From an uncultured virus (IMG/VR IMGVR_UViG_3300021376_000011) (lineage: Duplodnaviria; Heunggongvirae; Uroviricota; Caudoviricetes), in the IMG/VR virus record IMGVR_UViG_3300021376_000011: DNA of 64,000 nucleotides, one strand, 5' to 3'. Each line of letters begins with the position of its first letter. Positions within the stretch are counted from its first letter, which is position 1. Shown here piece after piece: positions 63,172 through 64,000 of this stretch. Position numbers and translations under genes: made by a program. A model generated the notes under the pieces. That model saw nothing but the letters and a program-made list of their open reading frames with translations. It had not been told where the DNA came from and searched no databases.

Positions 63172-63661
63172 AGAATTAAAAGATAGAATTTTTGATATTC
63201 CACAAGATATTTTAGACAAGATAAACCATACAGTAATCGGTTTAAATGGTGAAAATACGCGAGGTATCGAAAGAGCTAAAAAACTTTTAATCGATAAAAA
63301 AGTAAAATATGGTCAACTGAAAAGAATTATTCACGATATCCAAAATATGGATAAAACAAAAGATAAAACCAAGTATGACTTATGTGGTGGAGACCTAATG
63401 GAAAAATGGGCTAAACAATTTTTACAAGGAGAACGAGATTTAATAAGTGGTAGAAAAGATTCAAGAAAAAAAGCCGATGAAATCACATCAATAACAGGAG
63501 AAAGAAAAAATAGTCATCTCAAAACTCATAAAAAAAGATTTGGTTTTAAAATTCCAACCAATTTAGTTAAAAGTAATTCTCATAAAACAAGTGTATCTCC
63601 ACTCACATCAATGAAATTATTTGAAGAAATAGACAAAATAAAAAAATTAATTAGTTATTAA
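63164..63661 (+). CDS. Hypothetical basic protein (165 aa)
   Basis: Clean ORF overlapping the upstream stop. Confidence 0.7.
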   Translation: MNKELKDRIFDIPQDILDKINHTVIGLNGENTRGIERAKKLLIDKKVKYGQLKRIIHDIQNMDKTKDKTKYDLCGGDLMEKWAKQFLQGERDLISGRKDSRKKADEITSITGERKNSHLKTHKKRFGFKIPTNLVKSNSHKTSVSPLTSMKLFEEIDKIKKLISY

Positions 63662-63662
63662 T

Positions 63663-64000
63663 ATGCCAACACAATTAGAAATAATCGGAGATAGAGAAAG
63701 AAATATTCTCATGTCTAAAAATGAGTACAATCTTGGAGATTTGTATAGTTCAAATAATACTGGAGCGCTGTCAGATGGCGATGAAAGAGGTAAAGGAGAA
63801 TTAAATAATAGTATTGGTTCTAAAACAGATATTGTAGAAAGAACTTCTTTAGTTGCAAAAAATCTTTACGGCCCAACAAATGAATACAGTTCAAATAATG
63901 CCGGCGCGTTATCAGATGGCGATGAAAGAGGTAAAGGAGAGTTAAATAATAGTGTTGGTTCTAAAACAGATATTGTAGAAAGAACTTCTTTAGTTGCAAA
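63663..64000 (+). CDS. Partial protein with a 47-aa tandem repeat, runs off the right edge
   Basis: ATG at 63663 gives MPTQLEIIGDRERNILMSKNEYNLGDLYSSNNTGALSDGDERGKGELNNSIGSKTDIVERTSLVAK...; open to the window end. Confidence 0.85.
   Translation, partial: MPTQLEIIGDRERNILMSKNEYNLGDLYSSNNTGALSDGDERGKGELNNSIGSKTDIVERTSLVAKNLYGPTNEYSSNNAGALSDGDERGKGELNNSVGSKTDIVERTSLVA
63744..64000 (+). repeat. 141-bp coding tandem repeat (two copies visible, second incomplete)
   Basis: Units start at 63744 and 63885 and are near-identical. Confidence 0.9.

Noticed and set aside
7037..63661. Stop-codon reassignment as seen in some large phages
   Set aside because: Core genes are intact in the standard bacterial code and coding density is high. 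The stops I checked are almost all TAA, so there is no positive evidence for recoding.
1..64000. tRNA or rRNA genes, integrase, transposase, parA/parB
   Set aside because: None recognisable by eye, and intergenic gaps are short. A tRNAscan or Infernal run would be needed to exclude small RNAs formally.

Overview
This is a 64-kb segment of a large, AT-rich, T4-like contractile-tailed (myovirus/jumbo-type) phage genome. The host is probably Bacteroidota, inferred from TAnnTTTG promoter boxes, A-rich leaders without Shine-Dalgarno sites and an nrdB-nrdA pair. The window holds a long, mostly minus-strand virion module (neck, tail completion, sheath, tube, chaperone pair, tape-measure-like protein, hub and baseplate wedge proteins). 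This is interrupted by a replication block (SSB, RecA/UvsX, 5'-3' exonuclease, DnaB-like helicase, NrdB, NrdA). A family B DNA polymerase and an SNF2 helicase lie further right. The ORF track misses three real genes: a >2300-aa Thr/Pro/Ser/Val mucin-like protein on the minus strand at 1-6949 (the track shows its antisense shadow), a 58-aa ribbon-helix-helix-like gene, and a repeat protein at the right edge. The most striking non-coding element is the 350-bp gap between tail tube and tail sheath. It contains a promoter-like box shared with the DNA polymerase gene, an array of ten CTAG motifs, a perfect chromosomal-type parS palindrome (TGTTCCACGTGGAACA) and a terminator. Together these suggest a candidate phage origin/centromere that could recruit host ParB. 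All protein calls come from motif recognition and gene order; no database search was run.
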